From contig OY761611.1 of NCBI GenBank assembly GCA_963664875.1, positions 2,432,001-2,496,000 on the forward strand: a DNA stretch of 64,000 nucleotides, written 5' to 3'. The notes below the pieces were generated by a model. That model had not been told where the DNA came from. It saw only the letters and a program-made list of their open reading frames with translations, and made no database searches. Position numbers and translations under genes: made by a program. Shown one piece after another: positions 1 to 11,122 of the stretch (position 1 is its first letter; every line of letters begins with the position of its first letter). Origin of the DNA: Candidatus Kapaibacterium sp. GTDB lineage: Bacteria; Bacteroidota; Ignavibacteria; Kapaibacteriales; UBA2268.

Positions 1-354
1 ATAATATATGATATGTATCGTGGGAGAGCCGATTGCGAAAATAGAATCAAGGAGATAAAGTATGATTTTGGAGCAGAAAATTTCAATATGCGCAATTTTT
101 GGGGTACAGAAGCAGCACTAAATTTTGTTATGATTGCCTATAATCTGATGAGTCTGTTTAGGCAAGCAGTTTTAAAAACTAAAAAGCAAAATTTTCTAAG
201 CACACTCAGATATAAGACTTTTGCAATAGGCGGATATTTAATTAAAGATGGAAATTCTAAAATTTTGAAGTTATCTTTAGCAATGCAAAGGAGGCAATGG
301 TTTAAGGGACTTTGGAGTTCGTCAACCTATATAAAATTGCCTCATGTGCTTTAA
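1..354 (+). mobile_element. IS1380-family transposase, C-terminal part (5' end beyond window edge)
   Basis: Frame is open from base 1. YRGRADCENRIKEIKYDFG fits the Y-x2-R-x3-E-N-x-I-K-E-x-K DDE motif, followed by ...IAYNLMSLFRQ...LSTLRYKTFAIGG typical of IS1380/DDE_Tnp_1_4 C-termini. Confidence 0.85.
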
Positions 355-360
355 TATGAT

Positions 361-381
361 ATTTCTAATGACAAATCTGGG
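361..381 (+). repeat. Candidate right terminal inverted repeat of the IS1380-family element
   Basis: ATTTCTAATGACAAATCTGGG lies 7 bp after the transposase stop; its reverse complement starts CCCAGATTTG, matching the CC-initiated ends of IS1380 elements. The left IR is outside the window, so this is unverified. Confidence 0.55.
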
Positions 382-415
382 TTTACTCAATAAGAAATAT
401 TGTTTAGTTGGGCTG

Positions 416-1420
416 CTATTCAGTAGCCGCATTCCATGCTGAGATAATTTCCTGTGCTATCTGCACTGCATTTGTGGCAGCACCTTTGCGTACGTTGTCT
501 GCCACTACCCAAAGATTTATAGCATTGAGTGCTGAGTAGTCTCTTCTGATTCTGCCAACGAAGATTTCGTCTTTGCCGTTTACGCTCTGAGGTGTAGGAT
601 AAATTTCATGTTCCAAGTCATCTACCACTTCGATGCCATCGCCGCCGGCGAGAAGTTGTTTTATTTCTGCAATATCGATTGGATTATCAAATTCTATATT
701 GACTGACTCTGCGTGTCCTCCGAGAATAGGTAGTCGGACACAAGTGAATGAAACAGGCAATGATTCCAAATGCAGAATTTTCCTTGTTTCATTAACCATT
801 TTTAGCTCTTCTTCGGTGTAATCTTTATTGGCATCTGAAATAGCATGGAACATAGTGTTGAATGCTATTTGATGTTTTGTGTCATATTTATTGCCTTCGA
901 GCTCTCCCAAAAGCTTGTCAACTCCTGCTTGCCCTGCACCTGAAATAGATTGGTAAGTAGAGCAAACTACTCTTTTTAAGGTATATTTTTTGTGAAGCAA
1001 ATTGAGTACAGGCATTAACTGTATAGTAGAGCAGTTAGGATTTGCTATAATTCCTTTATGCAGCCAAATATCTTCAGGATTGACCTCCGGCACTACTAAG
1101 GGAACATTGTCATCCATCCGCCAGGCGCTGCTGTTGTCTATGACAATGCAACCTGCCTTAGCCGCAATGGGAGCATATTTGCGTGAAGTGCTGCCTCCGG
1201 CAGAAAAAAGAGCAATATCTACATCTTCGAATGAGTTCTCATCTAACTCCAATACAGTATATTGCTGATTGAAACATTCAATATTTTGTCCTGCAGATCT
1301 TGCAGATGCCAGCAATTTCAAATCTGTGAATGGGAAATTGCGTTCCTCAAGTACTTTCAGCATAGTCCTGCCAACAAGTCCGGTAGCTCCAACCACCGCT
1401 AAGTTAAGTTTATTTTGCAT
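416..1420 (-). CDS. asd: Aspartate-semialdehyde dehydrogenase
   Basis: GATGLVG Rossmann motif, IDNSSAWRM, VPLVVPEVN, catalytic ANPNCST, SISGAG, DNVRKGAATNAVQIA. Confidence 0.97.
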   Translation of the reverse strand: MQNKLNLAVVGATGLVGRTMLKVLEERNFPFTDLKLLASARSAGQNIECFNQQYTVLELDENSFEDVDIALFSAGGSTSRKYAPIAAKAGCIVIDNSSAWRMDDNVPLVVPEVNPEDIWLHKGIIANPNCSTIQLMPVLNLLHKKYTLKRVVCSTYQSISGAGQAGVDKLLGELEGNKYDTKHQIAFNTMFHAISDANKDYTEEELKMVNETRKILHLESLPVSFTCVRLPILGGHAESVNIEFDNPIDIAEIKQLLAGGDGIEVVDDLEHEIYPTPQSVNGKDEIFVGRIRRDYSALNAINLWVVADNVRKGAATNAVQIAQEIISAWNAATE

Positions 1421-1439
1421 ATAGATTTCAATAATGTAT

Positions 1440-1494
1440 AAAAAAGGACTGCCCCATCTCAGATCTATTATCTAATTACGATTGGGGCAGTCCT
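1440..1494 (-). terminator. Rho-independent terminator after the orphan eno 3' copy, just upstream of asd
   Basis: 12-bp stem AGGACTGCCCCA (1445-1456) / TGGGGCAGTCCT (1483-1494) with an A-run at 1440-1445 (U-tail on the minus strand). Confidence 0.65.
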
Positions 1495-1518
1495 AAAATA
1501 CAAATTAGAATCTAAATA

Positions 1519-1786
<268 letters not shown>

Positions 1787-1860
1787 ATAATATAGATTCT
1801 TAAAATATTAGCAATATAGCCCGAGGTAGAAATCTCGGATTTTTTTGTTGTGTCATTTAA

Positions 1861-1912
1861 CCCACCCCGAAATTCTTTCAGAATTTCGACCCTCGCTTGA
1901 CATGGAGGGTGA
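1861..1912. repeat. REP-like GC-rich double hairpin
   Basis: CCCACCC, then CGAAATTC-tttca-GAATTTCG (1868-1888) and ACCCTC-N10-GAGGGT (1889-1910), in AT-rich surroundings. Confidence 0.5.
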
Positions 1913-2183
1913 AAGACTTACATTACAAGACTTTAAAACAAAAATAGAGCAAATCTTACTATCAGCTCTATTCAAAAACTTTTGTTTTTATCAACTTATC
2001 TTCTGGATTGTAAGATTTCTATAATTCCATTAGTATTAACTCTATAATAATACATAACATAAATAATATATTGGTATTATCATGATTTTGTATTATTATT
2101 GCAGTCAATTATTTGCTATAGTATAGCATTCTAATTTTAGACGCTAAAAAGCTGTCTGATATATTTCTTCATATAGATTATTC

Positions 2184-2837
2184 ATGGGAAAACAAATGAA
2201 ACTTAATAACTTAATCTTTACATCCTTTATTATCTTCTTTTTGTCATTGACAACTTCCTCCGCTCAAAAAACTGAATCTGTTGAAAAGGATTGGTCTATT
2301 GAAGTAGGCGGAACAAAAGCTTACTATGATCTACCCTCAAATTGGCCCAGTGAAGGGTTTGGTGCTTATGTAAAGTTTGAACAAATTTATGACAAGCATT
2401 TCAGCTTTTTTCTTTCTGCTAGTTACTTAAAAAGCAGTGCAGATAACTACGTTGTGAAAGACCACTAAGGAATGGAAATGGCTTCGTTAGATTTAAATTT
2501 TTCATACACTACACTTACTGCCGGTGAAAAGTGGTATATTTTATCTAGCGATATTGAAAATGATTTTTCCCCTTATTTTGGTGCAAATGTCTTGATAAGT
2601 TTATCAAATCACGTAAGCTCACATTCATTTTCATATTATGGATATATTGTTTCAGTAAAAAGTATCGTGTGTAGTTTTGCACCAAGTGCCGGAGTTAATA
2701 TCCCTATTTATGACAAGTTTGGACTTAACGCAGATGCTAAATATGTTTTTGCATTATTTGACATCGAATGGGATGATACAGAGAGATTTTTAGTGAATTA
2801 CTATACTTTCAATCTTGGTATTGTGTATCATTTGTAG
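2184..2837 (+). pseudogene. Outer-membrane beta-barrel (OmpW/OmpA-barrel-like) protein split by one in-frame TAA
   Basis: ORFs 2184-2468 and 2472-2837 share a frame and are separated only by TAA (2466-2468) and GGA. The signal peptide is in the first ORF; SPYFGA strands and a C-terminal beta-signal (YTFNLGIVYHL) are in the second. Confidence 0.8.
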
Positions 2838-2935
2838 TGTCAATCACGCTGAACTTGATTCAGTATTTCTATTAGCCATTTTATAAATTTGTAGATGTAA
2901 AACAAGATTATAACTAAATCACAGCAAAATATACA

Positions 2936-2968
2936 AAAAAAGAGCAAATCTTGCGATCTGCTCTTTTT
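2936..2968. terminator. Bidirectional terminator between the beta-barrel pseudogene and eno
   Basis: AAAAAAGAGCAAATC-ttgc-GATCTGCTCTTTTT stem with A and T runs on either side. Confidence 0.75.
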
Positions 2969-2994
2969 ATATATTCTATATCACAGAAATCAAC

Positions 2995-4603
<1,609 letters not shown>

Positions 4604-4903
4604 CAAACTGACTCCTGTAAGTGTTGATTGAATTTTAAAACCGCCTAATATGCAATATTACAAATATAATGTAAAGTGTGCGGCAAATAAATGTTTATTT
4701 TTTACAAATTTCGAGGTAGGCAAAGGAAAATAATCCTTATGGAGCTATACACGGACAGCCGTAAGTATTTATTTTAAAAGTAATTAATGAATTCCCAAGA
4801 CATATTCAGCTGTTTCTATCTATTAAACATTGCATTCTGCGAAAATATAGAAGCCCTTTAATTTTGTCTTCCTACAAAAGAGGAATAAAAAAATAAAAAT
4901 AAA

Positions 4904-4932
4904 TGTAACTAAAATCACATATGCTGTGTCTA
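4904..4932 (+). promoter_or_regulatory. Putative ECF-sigma-type promoter TGTAAC-N17-TGTCTA upstream of T9SS gene 1
   Basis: Both hexamers and the spacing recur at 8015-8043 upstream of paralog 2, while the spacer sequence has diverged. AAC...GTC resembles ECF -35/-10 elements. Confidence 0.45.
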
Positions 4933-4971
4933 TATAATAGATGTATTAACAATATATAAGAAGAGTTTACT

Positions 4972-7740
4972 ATGAAACGATTATTACTTCTCATTATCAC
5001 AGCCATTTTAACTTATTCTTTAAATGCCGGAGAGCTGCGGCCGTGTATTAGTCACTATTCTAGCTATTTAATGGAAGATTTAGACATGATTGCCGGAGAA
5101 GGTGAGCAGTTATATGTAGCCGGAACTGCAGGTATCTTTTACTTAGATAAAATAGACGGGAATTGGCGAAACATTATTCTATTCAAGGAAAATAAATACA
5201 ATTTTAAATTCTTTAGAAGTACTGATTATACGATATACTTTACAAATAACAATACATTATTTCGGATAGATAAATCTACAAAAAGTATAGAAGCCGTCTT
5301 CTCAACAGTTACTCCAATAAAAAGAATGTTTTTCGAAGAAGACAGAATTATATTGATGGAAGAAAGACTTTTTAGTTTAGTTGATTTATCTTTCAATCTG
5401 CTCCAAACAATTGATTTGAAAGAATTTTTGCAAAACAAAGGTACATTTTATCAAGGGAATCCTTTCCTGTCATATTCAAAAACAGAAGGATTTCTAATCA
5501 GCCATCAAATATTTTTGGATATGGAAGACTATTATTTTGTACATAAAAGCGATGATAATGGCAAAACATGGGGTACCCACCCATTCTACAAAGAAACAGG
5601 TAAAGCTTTTAGCTTTGCTACCAATCTTAGCGAGAATATTATGATGTATTCTTTGGTTGGTGGAACTGACACAGTTTGGTATGACGATAAAAATAACAAA
5701 GAAATTAATACTGTAGATATTAAGCTTAGCAATACTGGTGGCTCAAAGACAGCTATTAAATTTTCTGAAGCAGGCAACTTTTTAGCTTGTTTAGACAATA
5801 ACTATTCGAGTGATGTACATTTTAGTTCTGACAGAGGACAAAGTTGGGAGACGCTAGCTATTGAGGCAAATGATATAACTATATCTCAATCCGGAATCTT
5901 ATATACTCATTACTTTGTAGGTCCAATACAAGCCTATAACAGTAGTAGTAAAACTTGGGGAAGTGTGTCTAATCCTCCATTGACTCGCACAGAGTTTGCA
6001 TCTAACTGTAATACAGTATTTGAAGTAAATGATAAACTATGGACTTCATTGTCATACAATAAAGATGAACAAATTTTAAAATCAGAAGATAAAGGACAAA
6101 GCTGGGTGTATTATACTGTGCCTTCTGAATACGGAATACTAAATAGCTTTTTTATCGATAATGATGAAAATATATATTTAACAAGCTCTTTAGGCATAAT
6201 AAAAGCTGATATATATAATAATTTCGTAGTGCTCGATTCAAATGTTGATAGAGATATTGTTGGTCAGTCCTATATCATTGATAAAGTAATGGACTATTTA
6301 GTTTTAGGTAACAAGGTTGCAGATAAAAACCATAGAATTTATAAATACAATTTAAATAGTAATACCTTAGAAGATGTTGGAATAAACTATGCGACTATAA
6401 ATCAATACCAGGATAAATATCTCATTTCAAATCCGGATAATTTAGGGCAATTACAAGTCTATAATAGTAATTTTGTTTTAGAAAAAACTTATCAGACAGA
6501 GACAGAAGCTGAAATCATCAAGTCTGTTATGGATTCAAAACAAGAGATTTATGCCAGTACTTATTCAGGGTTATTCAAAGCTTCAAAATCATCGACTGAA
6601 TTAAAAGCTTTTGGTGGAATAAGTGACTATGTAGTTTCCATGTTTTTAAGCGAAAAAGATAGTCTTTATGTTTTGACGTACAATGGCAAAGATCTTTATA
6701 CTTTGAATAATAGCAGAGACAATGTGGTTTCCTGCTATTCTAATTATGATTGGTATTTTGGTTTACTAAAATATGTAGGCAAAAACCAGTTTGTTCTTAC
6801 TCATAGTCATGCTCCTATGGGTGCTATAATGAAATGTGGCTATTTATCAAATCAAGAGACTTTAGATTTAAATTTAGAGGCTTCAAATTTTTCACATTAT
6901 GTTATGAAAGATTCCGGAGCTGACTTGAATATATCAAGCAATTCAGATAATTATATTGTTCATCTTAAACAAAGGTACGGCGTACTGGATACTACTTTTG
7001 TGAGTACTGAACATAACTGTAAATACCATATAAATTCTTACGAACCAAATCAATGTTTAACTTTTGAAGTTTCTCTTACAAAAGATGGATATGAACCTTC
7101 AACTACTAAGTATATCAACTTCTATTATCACGACAAGTACTCAAATGCAAATATTGTTACTACTTTTCAGAATAAATATAATCAGTTTTATCAAGGACAA
7201 ACTGCGAATATAAATTTTGCAATACTAGATGCAAGTAATAACAGATTGGCGGGTACTATATACATGAGTAATAACATAAGCAATAATCCAAAAGAACAAG
7301 TTGTCACTCAAGGTCAGGAAGCTGAGTATCAATTCGACATTCCGGAAGACACAAAAGAAGGTATTTATCGAATTTATTACAGTGGTAATTCAAGCTCTTT
7401 TGGTGATATTGAAGAAAGATATACTTTTTTCGTGGTAAATAATCTAAAATGGGAAAGCATTTCTGAACCGAACTCAATCATCAAAAACGCAAAAGTTTTC
7501 CCTAATCCTACTGCAAACTCTGCGACAGTTGACTTTGAAATGGAAGAAGCAGGCGACTTAACTTGCGAGATATATGACCTATCCGGCAAGCGAATAATGT
7601 CTATTCCTACTGAGGGTTATTATGCTGCTGGACAGGCTAATTTGTCATTTGATGTTTCTATGCTTCAAAGCGGCCAGTATATGATATTCCTAACAGCAAA
7701 GGACAAAGTTACTGCAAGCAAGCTGATAATAGAGAGATAG
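4972..7740 (+). CDS. T9SS type A sorting domain protein with Asp-box/BNR beta-propeller (tandem copy 1)
   Basis: Signal peptide; Asp-boxes KSDDNGKTW, SSDRGQSW, KSEDKGQSW; C-terminal KVFPNP...IYDLSGK...LQSGQYMI...KLIIER sorting domain. Confidence 0.9.
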   Translation: MKRLLLLIITAILTYSLNAGELRPCISHYSSYLMEDLDMIAGEGEQLYVAGTAGIFYLDKIDGNWRNIILFKENKYNFKFFRSTDYTIYFTNNNTLFRIDKSTKSIEAVFSTVTPIKRMFFEEDRIILMEERLFSLVDLSFNLLQTIDLKEFLQNKGTFYQGNPFLSYSKTEGFLISHQIFLDMEDYYFVHKSDDNGKTWGTHPFYKETGKAFSFATNLSENIMMYSLVGGTDTVWYDDKNNKEINTVDIKLSNTGGSKTAIKFSEAGNFLACLDNNYSSDVHFSSDRGQSWETLAIEANDITISQSGILYTHYFVGPIQAYNSSSKTWGSVSNPPLTRTEFASNCNTVFEVNDKLWTSLSYNKDEQILKSEDKGQSWVYYTVPSEYGILNSFFIDNDENIYLTSSLGIIKADIYNNFVVLDSNVDRDIVGQSYIIDKVMDYLVLGNKVADKNHRIYKYNLNSNTLEDVGINYATINQYQDKYLISNPDNLGQLQVYNSNFVLEKTYQTETEAEIIKSVMDSKQEIYASTYSGLFKASKSSTELKAFGGISDYVVSMFLSEKDSLYVLTYNGKDLYTLNNSRDNVVSCYSNYDWYFGLLKYVGKNQFVLTHSHAPMGAIMKCGYLSNQETLDLNLEASNFSHYVMKDSGADLNISSNSDNYIVHLKQRYGVLDTTFVSTEHNCKYHINSYEPNQCLTFEVSLTKDGYEPSTTKYINFYYHDKYSNANIVTTFQNKYNQFYQGQTANINFAILDASNNRLAGTIYMSNNISNNPKEQVVTQGQEAEYQFDIPEDTKEGIYRIYYSGNSSSFGDIEERYTFFVVNNLKWESISEPNSIIKNAKVFPNPTANSATVDFEMEEAGDLTCEIYDLSGKRIMSIPTEGYYAAGQANLSFDVSMLQSGQYMIFLTAKDKVTASKLIIER

Positions 7741-7748
7741 GAAATTCA
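7471..7748 (+). repeat. About 280-bp near-identical T9SS CTD block (copies at 7471-7748, 10576-10853, 13649-13926)
   Basis: Manual alignment gives about 9 mismatches between copies 1 and 3; copies 1 and 2 also share downstream non-coding sequence. Confidence 0.95.
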
Positions 7749-7947
7749 GAAAAGCTGATAAAAAACTTTTCCAAAATGAATATATATCCCCTATAAGTTA
7801 AATAAAAACTTTAGGGGGTATTAGTTTTCTTGTTCAGAATAAATCGTTATCCTAACAGCCGTAAGTATTTATTTTAAAATCGGATTGTCACTTCCTAAGT
7901 ACAGAAAATTAGATTTTTACTCTGACTCTGCCTAATAAACCTTGCAT

Positions 7948-7978
7948 TTTGCGAAACTACAGAATCATTCTAATTTTG
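7948..7978 (+). promoter_or_regulatory. Bacteroidetes-type housekeeping promoter TTTG-N19-TAATTTTG upstream of T9SS gene 2
   Basis: Exact -33/-7 consensus; the -7 element TAATTTTG recurs at 4859-4866 in the paralogous upstream region. Confidence 0.5.
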
Positions 7979-8014
7979 TTTACTATTAAAAAATATCAAA
8001 TAAATATTATATAT

Positions 8015-8043
8015 TGTAACTAACATAACATACAATATGTCTA
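8015..8043 (+). promoter_or_regulatory. Putative ECF-sigma-type promoter TGTAAC-N17-TGTCTA upstream of T9SS gene 2
   Basis: Same hexamers and spacing as 4904-4932. Confidence 0.45.
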
Positions 8044-8082
8044 TGTTCAATTGACATTAATATTAAATAAGCCGAGTTGACT

Positions 8083-10845
8083 ATGGAAAAATTATTTCTT
8101 CTCATTTTCACAATCCTCTTAAGTTATTCTATAAATGCGGGAGAGCTGCGTCCATGCATGAATCACTATTCGAATAGTTATCAGGAAGAATTAGATATGA
8201 TTGCCGGTGAAGGGGATCAATTATACGTAGCCGGAAGTGCAGGTATCTATTGTTTAGAAAATATTTACGTGAATTGGCAAAAAATCATGCTTTTAAAAGA
8301 AAACAAACGTAATTTCAGTTTTTTTAGAAGTCCAGACTATACGATTTACTTTACAAATAACAATACTTTATTTCGGATTGATAAATCTACAAGGAGAGTT
8401 GAAGTTGTGTTTGCAACAGCTACTCCAATCAAAAAAATGTTCTTCGAGGAAGACAGAATTATCTTAATGGAAGAAAGACAATTCAATATAGTAGATCTAT
8501 CTTTTAATTTACTCCAGAGAATTGATTTGAAAGAATTTTTGCAAAACAAAAGTACATTTTATCAGGGAATTCCTTTCCTTTCATATTCAAGAACGGAAGG
8601 TTTTCTAATCAGTCATCAAGTACAGTTGGGTATGGAAGATTATTATTATGTACATAATAGCAAGGATAATGGTAAAACATGGGTTACTCAGCCACTTTAT
8701 AACGGAACAAGTAAAGAAATTAGTTTCGCTACTAATCTTAGCGAAAATATTATTATGTACATTTTGGGTGACGGTTCTGACACAGTTTGGTATGACCTCA
8801 AAAACAACAGAGAAATAAATACTGTAGATATTAAGCTTAGCAATACTGGTGACTCAAAGAAAGGTATTAAATTTTCTGAGGTAGGCAATTTGTTAGCTTG
8901 TTTGGATAACAACGATATAAGCAATGTACATTTTAGTTCCGACAGAGGACAAACTTGGAAGAAGATAAATATAGCAACTGAACAATCTATCTCTCAATCC
9001 GGCATTTTATATTTACGTTTTGAAAAGAGGATGATAGATGCATATTTTTATAACAATAAAACAAGTCTGAGTATTCCTTTCCCATTTGCTACAAGCGAAG
9101 AATTTACATCTGATTTTAATACTGTCTTTGAAGTCAATAATAGGCTATGGACTTCATTGCGAGATAATAATGCCGGTATTTTAAAATCAGAAGACAGGGG
9201 TCTAAATTGGTTCAATTTTACTGTGCCCTATGACTACGGAAGACCCAATAGCTTTTTTGTAGATACAAATGAAAACATCTATTATACAAGTTCTGTTGGG
9301 TTAGTCACTGCAGATGCCTATGGAAATTTCCAAGCGCTTGATTCGTTTTTTACTAGAGATATTGTAAAGATGACTAATATAATTGGCAAAATAGATGACT
9401 ATTTAGTGTTAAGTAAAAAAGTTGCAGATAATGACTATAAAATATACAAATATTATTTAAATAGCAATTTCTTAGAGGATGTCGGAATCAACTATGCGAC
9501 TATCAATCTATATCAGGATAAATGTCTCATATCAAATCCAGATAATTTAGGTCAATTGCAAGTCTATAATAAAGATTTTGTCTTAGAAAAAACTTATCAG
9601 ACAGATACAGATACCGAAATCATCAAGGCTGTTATGGATTCCAATCAAGAAATTTACGTAAGTACTAATTTAGGTTTGTTGAAAGCTTCAAAATCATCAA
9701 ATGAATTAAAAGTTTTTGGTGGAATAAGTGATTCTGTAGTTTCAATGTTTTTGACCGAAAAAGATAGTCTTTATGTTTTAACATATTCCGGTAAAGATCT
9801 ATATACTTTGAATGATAGTAGAGATAATTTAGTTCCCTGCTATTCCAATTATGATTGGGATTCTGAACTAATACAATATGTCGGAAAAAACCAGTTTGTT
9901 CTAACTCGTAAGCATGATCCTTGGTATGCAACTATGAAATGTGGCTATTTATCAGAGCAAGAGATTTTAGAAATAAATTTAGATGCTTCAAATTCTTCAC
10001 ATTATGTTATGAAAGATTCAGGAGCTGATTTGCATATATCCAGCAATTCAGATAATTATACTGTTCATCTGAAACAAAAGTATGGCTTACTGGATACAAC
10101 TTTTGTGAGTACTGAAGAAAAATGCACTTACCATATAAATTCTTGCGAACCAAATCAAGTTCTAACTTTTGAAGTTTCTCTTACAAAAGATGGATATGAA
10201 CCTTCAATTACTGAGTTTATCAACTTTTATTATCACGACAAGTATTTAAATGCAAATATTGTTCCTACTTTTCAGAATAAGTATAATCAGTTTCATCAAG
10301 GACAAACTGCGAAAATAAATTTTGCAATACTCGATACAGGCTCTAACAGATTGGCGGGTACTATATACATGAGTAATAACATAAGCAATAATCCGAAAGA
10401 ACAAGTTGTCACTCAAGGTCAGGAAGCTGAGTATCAATTCGACATTCCGGAAGACACAAAAAAAGGTATTTATCGAGTATATTACAGTGGGAAATCAAGT
10501 TCTTTTGGCAATATTGAAGAAAGATATACCTATTTTGTTGTAAATCATATACAATGGGAAAGCATTTCTGAACCAAACTCAATCATCAAAAATGCAAAAG
10601 TTTTCCCTAATCCTACTGCAAACTCAGCGGCAGTTGATTTTCAAATGGAAGAAGCGGGCGACTTAACATGCGAGATATATGACCTCTCCGGCAAACTTAT
10701 AATGTCTATCCCTACTGAGGGATACTACGCTGCGGGAAAGGCTAATTTGTCATTTGATGTTTCTATGCTACAAAGCGGCCAGTATATGATATTCCTAACA
10801 GCGAAGGACAAAGTTACTGCAAGCAAGCTGATAATAGAGAGATAG
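8083..10845 (+). CDS. T9SS type A sorting domain protein with Asp-box propeller (tandem copy 2, close paralog of copy 1)
   Basis: Colinear with 4972-7740 at offset about 3105; same Asp-boxes and CTD; ATG start at 8083 after an upstream TTG. Confidence 0.9.
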   Translation: MEKLFLLIFTILLSYSINAGELRPCMNHYSNSYQEELDMIAGEGDQLYVAGSAGIYCLENIYVNWQKIMLLKENKRNFSFFRSPDYTIYFTNNNTLFRIDKSTRRVEVVFATATPIKKMFFEEDRIILMEERQFNIVDLSFNLLQRIDLKEFLQNKSTFYQGIPFLSYSRTEGFLISHQVQLGMEDYYYVHNSKDNGKTWVTQPLYNGTSKEISFATNLSENIIMYILGDGSDTVWYDLKNNREINTVDIKLSNTGDSKKGIKFSEVGNLLACLDNNDISNVHFSSDRGQTWKKINIATEQSISQSGILYLRFEKRMIDAYFYNNKTSLSIPFPFATSEEFTSDFNTVFEVNNRLWTSLRDNNAGILKSEDRGLNWFNFTVPYDYGRPNSFFVDTNENIYYTSSVGLVTADAYGNFQALDSFFTRDIVKMTNIIGKIDDYLVLSKKVADNDYKIYKYYLNSNFLEDVGINYATINLYQDKCLISNPDNLGQLQVYNKDFVLEKTYQTDTDTEIIKAVMDSNQEIYVSTNLGLLKASKSSNELKVFGGISDSVVSMFLTEKDSLYVLTYSGKDLYTLNDSRDNLVPCYSNYDWDSELIQYVGKNQFVLTRKHDPWYATMKCGYLSEQEILEINLDASNSSHYVMKDSGADLHISSNSDNYTVHLKQKYGLLDTTFVSTEEKCTYHINSCEPNQVLTFEVSLTKDGYEPSITEFINFYYHDKYLNANIVPTFQNKYNQFHQGQTAKINFAILDTGSNRLAGTIYMSNNISNNPKEQVVTQGQEAEYQFDIPEDTKKGIYRVYYSGKSSSFGNIEERYTYFVVNHIQWESISEPNSIIKNAKVFPNPTANSAAVDFQMEEAGDLTCEIYDLSGKLIMSIPTEGYYAAGKANLSFDVSMLQSGQYMIFLTAKDKVTASKLIIER

Positions 10846-11122
10846 GAAATTCAGAAAAGCTGATAAAAAACCTTTCCAAAATGAATATATATCTCTTATA
10901 AGTTAAATAAAAACTTTAGGGGGTATTAGTTTTCTTGTACCTAATAGCAGTAAGTGTCTATTTAAATAGTGGATTGTAAATATTTTAAACATTACACCCT
11001 AATATGGTACTACTTAGAATGTTCAATGACAATTTGCACTAAATTAGATTGCATGAAACTTAATATAAATCTATTCGTTTTGTAATACACTAACTATGTT
11101 TAAGAATTGCGAGAGGTATTGT

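Noticed and set aside
2466-2468. Stop-codon reassignment or programmed readthrough
   Set aside because: TAA terminates many intact genes in the window, and in-frame stops occur only in the decayed insert.
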